Shown one piece after another: positions 49,412-60,033 of a stretch of 64,000 bases of DNA. The position numbers were made by a program, and so were the translations under genes. The number at the start of each line of letters is the position of its first letter. The first letter of the stretch is position 1. The stretch lies in NCBI GenBank assembly GCA_001599295.1, contig BCGN01000010.1, forward strand, positions 310,001-374,000, in the 5' to 3' direction. The stretch is from Sporopachydermia quercuum (lineage: Eukaryota). The notes under the pieces were generated by a model. The model was not told where the DNA came from and ran no database searches. It saw only the letters and a list, made by a program, of their open reading frames with translations.

Positions 49412-50671
49412 CGTCTTTTGACCATAGTGCTATAGTTTAGCTGTATTGATTATTAGACAGAGACAAGTGTAGGCCAGATAGTAATGAAAAATTCACAAGG
49501 AATATTGGATATGAAGGTATGCAACTGTAGTTCAAGGTCGAAAGACGNCAACTAATACTGTAGAATATCGTTATAGCTTGAGAAAAAATCATACATATGT
49601 TACTGCTCCTTTGAGCCGGGCTGCCAATACTTGAGAAATTATTTCAACAGTAAGATAAATAATCGTGTATACATTTGAAGGAAAAGTTTTGTTGATGTAT
49701 TGCTCTTCCTTGCATCTCCATAGTATGAATGAAGTCTNTACTGTACTCTACCCCAAGAACAAGTAATAACTCTCTGGTGTCGACCATAGCAAATTCTAGT
49801 TACATTTCTGAACTCATACAAATCTAACAGAATATGTTTCCTATATTTTCCCAATCCTTTACTCAATCTCACCATCTTACCATCAAATCCATTTCCTTAG
49901 ATCACATGATACGCCAGAAAAATAACATCAAATCCAACAGGTTTTTAACATAATTTCACTCAAATATCAGATTCCTCCACCAATATTTTCCCATACATAG
50001 ATTACTATATTCAACCATCACATTCAACAGTTCAATCGTTTCCTCTTCCTCAATCTATCATTAGTCCTATCATTAGCAGTCCCATTTAATACTAATTACG
50101 GTTCATCAGATACCCATTTTGGGACAGATTGTCTAGACTCGTCTCTTTTTCACTTCACACTTTTGTCATGCCAGACATGAAGCTTGATATGCCAATTGTC
50201 ATTTCGTCCTACACAAACACGCTCATCAATAAGATACAGCATCAATCATATCTTCTTAGTATTGTTTCCTTCCTACTTTTGTATAGTTCTCTTTTTCTCC
50301 TGATTACTATGCTATAGTATTGGTACTTTGAAAGCATATATAATGACTCAGAACGTCATCTCGTCAGAATGAATGTTTAGTAGTTGAATTCCATCAACCA
50401 GGACCTGAATCAATGAATCGTTCTCTATGGTATCAATGCACCATCTCATCAAATAATGGTGAAACTATATGGCACGGAAACACTGAACCGATAAACATTC
50501 GTTTATGATATTTTCACTCAACAGTCTAGTTTGTCAGACACGCTCTGAATATTAATATCCGCTCTCCGGTGCTAGATCCTCTCACAAGCCAGTATTCGAT
50601 ATCATACTTTCGTCAGATTACACTATCACAGCATCACAGACCAAACCAGACATTAGACATTAATTTCCATC

Positions 50672-51880
50672 ATGTTTGAAGTACTACTTCCGTTCCCCTA
50701 TAGAATACTTTTTCTTATAATATCCGGGGTTTGGTTGTGGACGGCCAATCTGTACACATTTCACGCGATAAATATAGACTATCCTTCACTATTAAGGCTG
50801 CCAGCAGTTTCATATAAAGATGGTTTAGATGCAGCTTACATGACAAGCATTATAGGCCTAGGAGCTCTCTTTCTCCATCACCTGACATGGGGCTACTCCT
50901 TCAAAACTCTAGACAACAGTGAAGCATTATCAACGTCTATTGGTCTTATATTCAGCGATATGATATTCCTTTCAGCTTTCTCGCTGGTGACATACACCAT
51001 ATTCAATCAGAAACAATCAGCAAACGCTCATCTTTTGCGAACAACTACCAAACGTATCCTAAAGGGAGACATCAATGCTGAGCATAGACTTACAGATATT
51101 TTAGTAGCAGACTCCCTAACGTCATATGCTAAGATTTTTGCTGATTTGTCCTTATATGCATGCCATTTCTTTACATCATCAACCTGTTTCCCCGTTTACA
51201 TTGTATCTGATGGAAAGTTCACATCAGCACTTAACAGATCCTGTGGCTATTCTTCTTTTTTGATTCCTTTGGTCATAGCTTATCCTTCAATAATAAGATT
51301 CTCACAGTGTCTCAAAGAATATAAACAATCCGGCGGAAGAAATAGATGGCATTTTCTTAATGCTATTAAATATTCAACGGCATTTCCAGCTATCTTCCTA
51401 GCTGCTGTTCTATCGCGGATTGACTCTCAGAGTCCAAACGCTCCTTTAGTCATGTTTCTATGGATAATAGCTACTTTTGTTAATTCTACCTACTCCTTTT
51501 TGTGGGATCTATCTTGCGATTGGGAATTAGTTCTTGTTAAAGGTTTATTCTCTTCTTTGAATCCTTTTGCTATTCCTAACAAAGGTTTACGTCAAACACT
51601 ACATTTTGATCCAAGGATGTATTTTCTAGCGATTATTGAGAATTTCACATTACGATATATTTGGTTAATACGATTTTTTCCAATTGGCGACCAATCCAGC
51701 AGAATATATGTATTTTTGGTTACTGCTTTCCAGACAAATGAAGGACTATTCTTCTTGGAGTTCTTAGAAATTTTGAGACGATGGGTATGGATTTTCTTCA
51801 GGGTGGAAGCAGAATGGATTAGAGTGTCTAATGATAAGGATTTGGAGGCTTATGCGTTAGAAGATTATCAGAAGGATTAA
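50672..51880 (+). CDS. ERD1: EXS-domain Golgi membrane protein Erd1
   Basis: LP.PYR, DILVADSLTSYAK, YP.IIR..QC..EY, H..NA.KY, NSTYSF.WD...DW, LEILRRWVWIFFRVE.EW. Confidence 0.92.
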   Translation: MFEVLLPFPYRILFLIISGVWLWTANLYTFHAINIDYPSLLRLPAVSYKDGLDAAYMTSIIGLGALFLHHLTWGYSFKTLDNSEALSTSIGLIFSDMIFLSAFSLVTYTIFNQKQSANAHLLRTTTKRILKGDINAEHRLTDILVADSLTSYAKIFADLSLYACHFFTSSTCFPVYIVSDGKFTSALNRSCGYSSFLIPLVIAYPSIIRFSQCLKEYKQSGGRNRWHFLNAIKYSTAFPAIFLAAVLSRIDSQSPNAPLVMFLWIIATFVNSTYSFLWDLSCDWELVLVKGLFSSLNPFAIPNKGLRQTLHFDPRMYFLAIIENFTLRYIWLIRFFPIGDQSSRIYVFLVTAFQTNEGLFFLEFLEILRRWVWIFFRVEAEWIRVSNDKDLEAYALEDYQKD

Positions 51881-52272
51881 TAATTAGATGCATTTGAAGT
51901 AGTAGTTCTATAGAATGTTCTACAGAATTTATAACCTATTAGAATATACAACTGTGTCATAGCATTTACCCATTTACTGTTGTATAGGCAGTATTCATTG
52001 GCAGCATATAAATATCTATGTTATTACTGAGGATTTATAGTCTCGTTTATGTTTATGGTTAATTATGGTTATTTACAAATCAAACAATCAGCACATTTAT
52101 AGCCTTCTAGATGTACACTGAAAGTATCTTTTGATGATGCCTTTATTACCTACCTATGGTTTCTTGTGCAGTCAAGTCACATTACGATGATATCAATAAT
52201 ACTTCTTTTTACGGTGAACATACAACTCTGATTTAATATACATGTATTCTCCATTAGCATGTAAAGTAGTCG

Positions 52273-52302
52273 CAGGGTTACACAGGGTTACACAGGGTTT
52301 CA
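52273..52302 (+). repeat. Three tandem copies of the 10-mer CAGGGTTACA (telomere-like)
   Basis: CAGGGTTACA CAGGGTTACA CAGGGTTTCA read directly from the sequence. Confidence 0.8.
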
Positions 52303-52495
52303 GAACAATCTGCAGAGCTATCACCAAAATCAACTCATTCTGCTCATTTTATTCGTTTGCTTTTCTATTGCTTTCCATCAAAGCCTCTATAGATATTCTA
52401 AATTTTAATTCTCATTCTTTGTCCTATACACGCATGTGATTCGTATCTCCAGCTTCAGATACCTATACTGTCCTATTCTATAAAATCATCTTGCA

Positions 52496-53580
52496 TCATC
52501 GGTTGTTCTTAGCTCTTCCACGGCTCTTCTTTTCACCACTTCTACTTCTTTCTTTGCTTAAATGCATCTTACGCTCGGTCTTAGTAAGGTATCGGAACTT
52601 TTTTGCCTTGGGTTTTTTCGGTTCAGGACCATTGACCAAAATAGCGTACTTTTTTGCTCTATCAATACTTTTCTCTAATACTTCCTTTGATTTAGACAAA
52701 TCCACAAATGTTGGCAGAACTGTACTGTCATTGCCAACTTCCAAAGATTCAATTGTCACGTTAACTTCTTCCTCTTCTTCTTCATCATTTACGACACTAT
52801 AAACCTCCTTACGTTTTAGAATGCCTTTCTTTGGCTCTGATATTGAAGCAGAAGAGTCACCGAAACCTTCCCATTCAGAATCTGAAGAAGAGCTAGCAGA
52901 ATAATTAGCTACAGTGCCATTGTCTTCTTTATCGTTATCGCCATTACTATTATCATTCTCTGAACTAGTGCTATCACTATTATCAGAATCTTCATTTTTA
53001 TTGGTATCTTCTTTGCTTTTCTTTGCTTTCACTGTTTTCCCAAGAGTCCAATCTACGTCCTTATCGTCTTCTTCTTTCTCATACAGTTCTAAGACTATGT
53101 TAGAAAATTAGTAGAATAGTAAAAGTAGAAAGCAATAGACGAGCAGATGATAGTCGAAGAACAAAGAGTAGCATTCTTTTCTCTTCTCCGCAATAAATAC
53201 ATACCTTTTATTGAAGCATTTACCTTCTCAAGCTGCTCTTGAACATATTGTCGTCGTTCTTCTCTAATTCTTTTTCTTTCTTCTAGTCTCTGTTGATGAT
53301 CAAGCTCTTTGGCTTTTTCCTGAGCTTTCTTCTGTCGCTCTAACTTCCGTTTATGAAATCCAGTCAAATATTCCCTTAAGTACGTTAGTGTTTGGCCCAA
53401 CAAATCATACTACCTTCTCAGAAATGTCGTTCTGAATTCCAGACTGATAAACGAATACATTATTACTTACAGTCGATCATTCTTATCAAAGGTGATCTCC
53501 TCCACACGGTTTTTACGGCTCTTCTTCTGTGCATATCGTTTATCACCTTCAGTAAGAATTTCTCTATTCCTTTTAGCCAT
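52496..53580 (-). CDS. RRP17: rRNA-processing protein Rrp17; exons 53580-53471, 53374-53205 and 53094 (or 53088)-52496
   Basis: MAKRNREILT.G..Y...[30 protein letters not shown]...KKFRYLTKTER. Introns read GTAAGT..CACTAAC..AAG and GTATGT..CTAAC..TAG. Confidence 0.9.
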
Positions 53581-53881
53581 TTGAAGTTATTAGTCAAGAA
53601 TTGGTAGGCAGAGTTGTAGTAGATCGAGGTATTCAGTATACAGCAGTTGCTTTATTCTCAGTAGATAATGTATTGCCTTCTGACTGAAAACTAATAAAGG
53701 AAAGGAAGAAACAGAACACTCAACACTGCAAGCAAAAGTTCCATAAGTTCTCTAGCAGATTCAAGCAGTCCAGCTTTATAACAACTATTATACAGTTAAC
53801 CACAACAATTATCGTAAGTTTTATACAGAAATAAATATAAACCCTTAAGGCGGAAAACCAGAATAAAAATGAATTAGTAGA

Positions 53882-53952
53882 CGATGAGAAGAAAGAAATA
53901 AACAGATGAGAAATATTTGCAGGAGGAAATATAGGAAATAATGTGAAATTTC
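53882..53952. promoter_or_regulatory. PAC-like (GATGAG x2) and RRPE-like motifs upstream of RRP17
   Basis: CGATGAG at 53882, AGATGAG at about 53904 and TGAAATTTC at about 53944, ahead of a ribosome-biogenesis gene. Confidence 0.45.
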
Positions 53953-54431
53953 GGAGATTTTATGAAAAGATTCTTTTTGGTATCTTTTCTAGAGCAAGGG
54001 CAATACTCGAGATTGAGAAAGATACTGAAAACCCACCAGAAGTTATAGTGGAATGATATTATACTTGCTATCTTATGATTGTTTACCGGTTTCTAAGCCA
54101 TTTTTATAGTGAAAAGCCCTGGCTGCAAATATGTTTACTGTCAATTCTATCGTTGTTGTGATTGAGCCTGAAATATAACAGTTATATAGGATCACGTAGT
54201 ATAATATTTACATATCATAGTTTGCGCTATATTCGGAAATAATAAGAAAACTCATGCCTATTTTCTCCGTTTCTTATGACCCTACATTACCAACACCTCA
54301 TAATAATCAACCTTTTCTAGTCATTCCTGTATGTTGAACATAAAATTAATTAAAAACTACATACTTAATACCACCTAATTGTCCTTGCCATTGTAAAAAA
54401 AAAGCCTCTTACCGTTCTTTCGTCAAACTCT

Positions 54432-57400
54432 CTAATACTCATTCCCGTTACCATTATGATCAAAAAAAGGTTTGAATGTATGCTCATGAGCCAAGTTTTC
54501 CTTTACAACATAATAAATCATCATAAGCAGATTTGGAAATCTGCATGAATAATAATTATAATATCCTTGAGGCAATGGACTCATTACCTTCTGTAATCCT
54601 TCTGGTAAATCATTATAATGATGATACTTATTCCTGAATGCTCTCAATAAATCCATTACCCTATCACCATGATACTTCCGATATTTGCCTAAATTATCTA
54701 TCAACTGCTTATCGATACGTTTATACCAATCTCCATATACAACTAATGCAGCATTTTCCTCTAAATTATTTAACAGCTCTGAAGGAGGATCTCGAGGCTC
54801 TACTTCAAAGCGATCGGAAACTTTCAATAAAAAGTCCAACCGTTTAGCTGGTGACCAGAAGAACGGATGACTTAATACCTGTGATGTATCTGGTCTATGT
54901 TTTGGGTTTCGTGATATCATTTTAGCTATTAGATCCTTTGCTTCAACGTTTTCTGGTCCTAGATCATCAAGCTTGTCTAAACAGTATTCTCCTTTGATAA
55001 TGTTGCCTTCTCTGAGATACCTATCACCAAACGGATGTTTCCCGTTCGACAAAATATAGTAGTACACACAACCCAATGAGAATATGTCAATAGCTCTGGT
55101 CAACTTACGCCTCGAAAGTGAATCATATACTAAAGGCTCAGACAATGAGATATCACTAGGATCTCTATGATGATGATTCTGGTTACTGCCATTGGTTTGA
55201 TTTGATGGTATTCGCTGTATGCTACTGCTTTCACTGAGATCTGTAAATCCTGACTTGGAAGATGGCGCCGTGTTGTATAATGTGTCGTTTTCATCAATCA
55301 AAAGCTCAGGTGCTCGCCAGCCTGCAGTTCCTGCTGCATGAGCTGTTGTGGCCCTGAAACTAGATTGATCAGCATCCAGCTTCTTGCATAGACCAAAGTC
55401 CGAGATAAGCATTCGAATAGAGCGTCCATTGCCGTCTTGGAATGCTCCTTTTTTCGCAGGAGCAAACAGAATGTTATGTGGTTTCAAGTCACGATGAACA
55501 ATCTTTAGCGAGTGCAAATGATGTAACCCACGAGCTATTTGATGTAGCACATCACGGGGATCCATAGAGTTGATTATGGTCTCAAACTTCTCAGGCTTTT
55601 CTATTAGATCATCAACAGATCCTAAACAAAGCTCTAATGCTATGTATAAAAACTTTTCGCTTTCCTTATTGCAGAAGTATCGGATAACATTAGGATGATC
55701 ATCACTTTCTTGTAGTAGTTCAACTTCTTTCGATGCTAATTCATAGAAATCAAATAACATTCTTTTAACAGCAACGCTTCTGCTTTCAAACATACCTTTA
55801 TACACTATAGTACCATGAGAGCCATATCCAATGACTTCTTGGGTTATAATAAGAGAATCTATCTGTATAGATCCGTCATCTAGAAGAGTCATATGGGATG
55901 ATTTACCATTTGTATTTGAAGGAGTAGTGTACTTGGATACTTGGTTATTCGGAGTCGAACTTAAGACAGGGTCGAGACTGGCAATATCATCAGCATTCGG
56001 TTCATTGAGATTAATTCCGTCATCATCAGCATCCTTTTCCTTTTCCTTTTCCTGTTCCTGATCATTTTCAGTTTCCGGGTCGTTCCCATCAACGATTTCA
56101 GTCTCCTGTTGATCTTTCTTCTTTGCTTTATTCTTCTTGCCTCCTCTACTACCACGTTTCCTTTTCTTTAATGTTTCTGGTTTGTTATTACCATTCACAT
56201 TGTTATTAGTACTGCCGGAGGTATTGGTGTTGCTATTGATATTATCAATAGGAGCAAATTTGACAGATTTTTCTTCTGGGGCCTTTTTCGTCGGCGAGTC
56301 GTCAATAGCTGTTAGGACGTGTGATATGTCTAGATGTTGTCCTGATGACTCTCTCTTTAGAGATGATTCTTTGTCTGTATTATTCGCTCCGGCTGCAGTA
56401 TCTCCAGCAGTATTATCATTCCTTTCGCCAAATTCATCAACAGGACCTGTTTCATCTATGATCGCCTCATCATTTTCATTATCAGACGATACACTATTGT
56501 TTGCGCTATTTGTCATCTCCGCTTTTTCCCTCTCATTTTTTCCGAAATGATCAAAGTCTCTATCTTTGTCCTTTTCCTGTGCTTTCTTTTCATTCTTCAG
56601 CTCTTTATATTTACCTTTTGCTCCTAGAAAACTCTCATCATCATCTACAACGGTAGTAATCTTCAAACCAAATGCCCGCAGTAGTAACTTAGAAAACAGT
56701 GTTGAAATCTTCATCCACGACAGCACCATCAACAGAACAAACACTATCAATAACGAAGCAACATTCTCAATCACTTTCAATGATAAAGAATTCAGCCATT
56801 TAGGACTGGAGACCTTTTCTGTCAATGGGCGTTCAGGTCCAGATCCAGGAAGTTGTGGATAGTTATACTGCTGTTTTCCTGGTAATGTTATGTGATCATT
56901 ATATCCTGCTAAACCTTCGGAAGCATCAGCTCCTCTGCATATTTGATGAACACCTACCAGAGAAGCCTCAAATTTAGCATCCTGTTTAAACAGATTCTTG
57001 TTCTTGTAGCCTTCTAGAACACACCATTTAGCTCTAGGAGCTATTTTCACCAACGAAGGGTATTTAGTTCCTGGCAATAAGAACCATGAGTTGGTGGATT
57101 GTAGATATGTGCTTGAATTGCTGCTGTTAGCACCTGCACTAGGATTAGGCATATTGTGAAGCTCTTCTTCATTGACCGCTAATCTATCAACATAGGCTTT
57201 GCTATAAATACTCTGGAGACTCAGCTTCAACCCTGTGATAGGATCTAGTACATCCAATGCAGATTTAGCCTTGGCATCTGAGAAATCTAAACCAGGATGT
57301 TCTAAAACAACATATGAATCAAACAAAATATCTGGATCTTTCACTGATTTTCCATCGTGAAGCACATCAAAAATAGTAACAGCAACAGAGGGCAATTGGT

Positions 57401-58421
57401 TCACCCATGCAACAGACCCTGAGGTTCTATCAGCTGCCAGTAAAGATCTATCATGGAATGAAGTAACATACAAGTTATCTGTGGGCCAAACATGCTGTTG
57501 TTTCAAATCGGTATCAATGCTGTTAGGAGTCCACAACGTAAACTGGATATTCCATGTTTTCTCATTACTGTANATGACTAAATTATAAACTGTTTTTCCT
57601 ATGAAAACAGTGTCGTGTTCGTCCATTTCGTCAAATTCACATGCTTGTCTTGAGTCTTTTTCATAGCACACAGGCCCACCTTGTCTTGAAAATACATCAA
57701 AGGAATCACTTCCATAAGCAGATCGTACTCTTCCTGTTCTCAAATTGAGAGAAAACAAAGTAGATGATTTGCTGCCTGTGAACACCCTATCTTGAAATGC
57801 AAATGGGGATTGCATTACTAATTCTTTGATACTGATTGGAAGCTTTTCTAGGCAGCTGAAAGATTTCGTAAACATGTACAGTGAGCCATCACCTACTGGT
57901 TCTACAATCCACTTCACATTGTCGTTGTCATCGTAAGAGGCCGAGGATTCAGTAGACCCAGTGGTAGTGTCATCAGTTGATTCGCCATTGCTTTCCGCTG
58001 TTGATTTCGTTACTCGCACTAAAGGTGAACCACCATAAATTGTCCATAGGACGGTTCCCTTATGTCGGCTGATAGCATGTAGATTACCATCGATAGTGGA
58101 TACTAGTAAGATATCTGATAATTGCCAATCGTCTATGCTTCTATAGGGAAACAAGGCTGGATCAGTGTTTGTGCCTCCAATGCTTCCAGTGAATAGACCG
58201 GTATCTCTTAGAGTCTTTACTTGATTAGCAGTTTTGATAGTTGCTTCATCTGAAAGAACAACATTGGGCTCTGATACCGCTGTAGTAACATATAAAGCTT
58301 CAGGAGCTGCTTGACAAATACATAATAAGGTGGTGAAACAAATACAGGCTAGGAGAATGAACCTCTTTCGCCAAAGGTTCAAACTGGGGTTAGATTTTGC
58401 CAGCTTAGAGTCCAAATTCAT
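54432..58421 (-). CDS. IRE1: ER stress sensor kinase/endoribonuclease Ire1
   Basis: Signal peptide, luminal domain (LLVSTIDGNLHAI, WIVEP..DGSLY), TM, basic linker KKRKRGSRGGKKN, kinase (GYGSHGT, VAVKRM, HRDLKP.NIL, DFG, GWRAPE) and KEN RNase (DLLRAFRNKYHHY). Confidence 0.97.
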   Translation of the reverse strand: MNLDSKLAKSNPSLNLWRKRFILLACICFTTLLCICQAAPEALYVTTAVSEPNVVLSDEATIKTANQVKTLRDTGLFTGSIGGTNTDPALFPYRSIDDWQLSDILLVSTIDGNLHAISRHKGTVLWTIYGGSPLVRVTKSTAESNGESTDDTTTGSTESSASYDDNDNVKWIVEPVGDGSLYMFTKSFSCLEKLPISIKELVMQSPFAFQDRVFTGSKSSTLFSLNLRTGRVRSAYGSDSFDVFSRQGGPVCYEKDSRQACEFDEMDEHDTVFIGKTVYNLVXYSNEKTWNIQFTLWTPNSIDTDLKQQHVWPTDNLYVTSFHDRSLLAADRTSGSVAWVNQLPSVAVTIFDVLHDGKSVKDPDILFDSYVVLEHPGLDFSDAKAKSALDVLDPITGLKLSLQSIYSKAYVDRLAVNEEELHNMPNPSAGANSSNSSTYLQSTNSWFLLPGTKYPSLVKIAPRAKWCVLEGYKNKNLFKQDAKFEASLVGVHQICRGADASEGLAGYNDHITLPGKQQYNYPQLPGSGPERPLTEKVSSPKWLNSLSLKVIENVASLLIVFVLLMVLSWMKISTLFSKLLLRAFGLKITTVVDDDESFLGAKGKYKELKNEKKAQEKDKDRDFDHFGKNEREKAEMTNSANNSVSSDNENDEAIIDETGPVDEFGERNDNTAGDTAAGANNTDKESSLKRESSGQHLDISHVLTAIDDSPTKKAPEEKSVKFAPIDNINSNTNTSGSTNNNVNGNNKPETLKKRKRGSRGGKKNKAKKKDQQETEIVDGNDPETENDQEQEKEKEKDADDDGINLNEPNADDIASLDPVLSSTPNNQVSKYTTPSNTNGKSSHMTLLDDGSIQIDSLIITQEVIGYGSHGTIVYKGMFESRSVAVKRMLFDFYELASKEVELLQESDDHPNVIRYFCNKESEKFLYIALELCLGSVDDLIEKPEKFETIINSMDPRDVLHQIARGLHHLHSLKIVHRDLKPHNILFAPAKKGAFQDGNGRSIRMLISDFGLCKKLDADQSSFRATTAHAAGTAGWRAPELLIDENDTLYNTAPSSKSGFTDLSESSSIQRIPSNQTNGSNQNHHHRDPSDISLSEPLVYDSLSRRKLTRAIDIFSLGCVYYYILSNGKHPFGDRYLREGNIIKGEYCLDKLDDLGPENVEAKDLIAKMISRNPKHRPDTSQVLSHPFFWSPAKRLDFLLKVSDRFEVEPRDPPSELLNNLEENAALVVYGDWYKRIDKQLIDNLGKYRKYHGDRVMDLLRAFRNKYHHYNDLPEGLQKVMSPLPQGYYNYYSCRFPNLLMMIYYVVKENLAHEHTFKPFFDHNGNGNEY

Positions 58422-60033
58422 GGTAACTAGAGTTCACCTTTCATAATCATTTCTAGGTACTATTTGTTGTTGGTTTTAATGTTAAATTACCATAGGCCGG
58501 TGGTGAGATCAAATCACAGAGGTCAAATGTATGACAATATGNCAAGAAGGTGTTGAACAGTAAGATAATCAAAACAGCAGATACTCAATCAATATAAATG
58601 TATATCAGCTTGAGCCTAGTCAAAATAGTTCAACTGGCTTCTTAAGTTTTGCTTCTGCTTCTGATCACCAATGCCACACTCTCCTTTCTGCAATAACGAA
58701 CCCTATTCAACAGAACAACAAGGGACAGTTTTTCTGTTTTTCTGTTTATGAATAGATATCAAAATGAATATATACTGACAATTCAAATATTCCACATATA
58801 TACTAATAAATTAATCAATGAATCTGTAAATATTTCTTTGATTTGAGCTATCTGATAGTACTAGGATACTACTAATCATAGAGTATTCCTATGCCACTTA
58901 TTCAATCAATGAATGCATCAATTCTAGTCCTTTTTCTATTATATTTTCTCTCTACTGTTCCTATCAAAAACGCCGTTCTATCCGTGTATCATCTCAATAG
59001 TATATTTACTTGCTTAGACTCTTGTCGTATAGCATACAAATTCAGTAGGATCAATCGATCAACAATACACAGAGCAAGAACCTTTTGCTTTCGTGTATAG
59101 CAAATTTTCCTTTTCTTTCACTGAAAATTGTTTGGAGTTTGGGAACCCCAAAAGGGCGGTTCTGTAGATGGGAGGAAACGTATTATTTCCGTTTTGGAAA
59201 GTATTCTTTTCTAAATAAAGGAGGGGTATATTGGAGATGCTTGTGAGGAACGGAGCAATTGAGTACGTAATCTGATAGAGAATGATAAGGAACTAAAAGG
59301 ATAGGTTTGGAATAATTGGAATAAGTGGGTAATTTTAAGGATATTTGACTGTTAGCTGAGGACTACGCGGTTCCCCAGTTGGAAGCTCTGCGTAGGACGA
59401 ATGCAAAATCAGAGAGCAGATGGTATTTGAGTGAAAAGTAACGAATACCTATCTCAAACTTATGACAGTCAGATACGTGAAAGGGCAATGGGCTGAAGCT
59501 ATGAAAAGAAAGAAAACTTTCGTCACTTGTGATATGTTGTAGTAAAATATTCTTTATACTTACATCTGATTTATATTTGGTCACCTATCTTTCTATCTTA
59601 TTAGATGTAATTTCCAACGCTGCTTCTCTGTGGACAACCAACCCTACACAGGCATTGCCATGGGACTCTCTTTGTGCAAATCCTACTACCATGAAACCGG
59701 ACAATCATTTTCCAGTCACCATGTAAATGTGCTTTTTTAACGAAACGCATAACTGTTTTATCATACAAAATCCAGCCAGATATATGCGTTTAAAAAGGAG
59801 CATTGCTCTTCACCATTTCATTACCCTATACAATACTCTATTTACTTGCACACGTATTACCGGACAAGGGCTCATGTTTACCATCTCATTGTCTCTGTAT
59901 TATCAATTGTTGATATACAACTATTCAATTGTTCAACTATACCATTAGATTATTATAACTAGTATAACCATTCTGTTCAAATGGTTAACGNGATATACGT
60001 TCACTTTGAAGGCGTGATAAATGTGGCAATAAA

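Noticed and set aside
51906..51930. HSE-like GTTCTATAGAATGTTCTACAGAAT after ERD1
   Set aside because: TTC-to-GAA spacing is 4 nt rather than 2 and it lies in a 3' region; more likely a 12-nt duplication.
59355..59397. TPP riboswitch upstream of the thiamine regulator PDC2 (GCTGAG ... GCGTAGGA)
   Set aside because: The CUGAU junction, the P5 UAAU loop and P2/P3 pairing are missing. Kept only as an unassigned structure.
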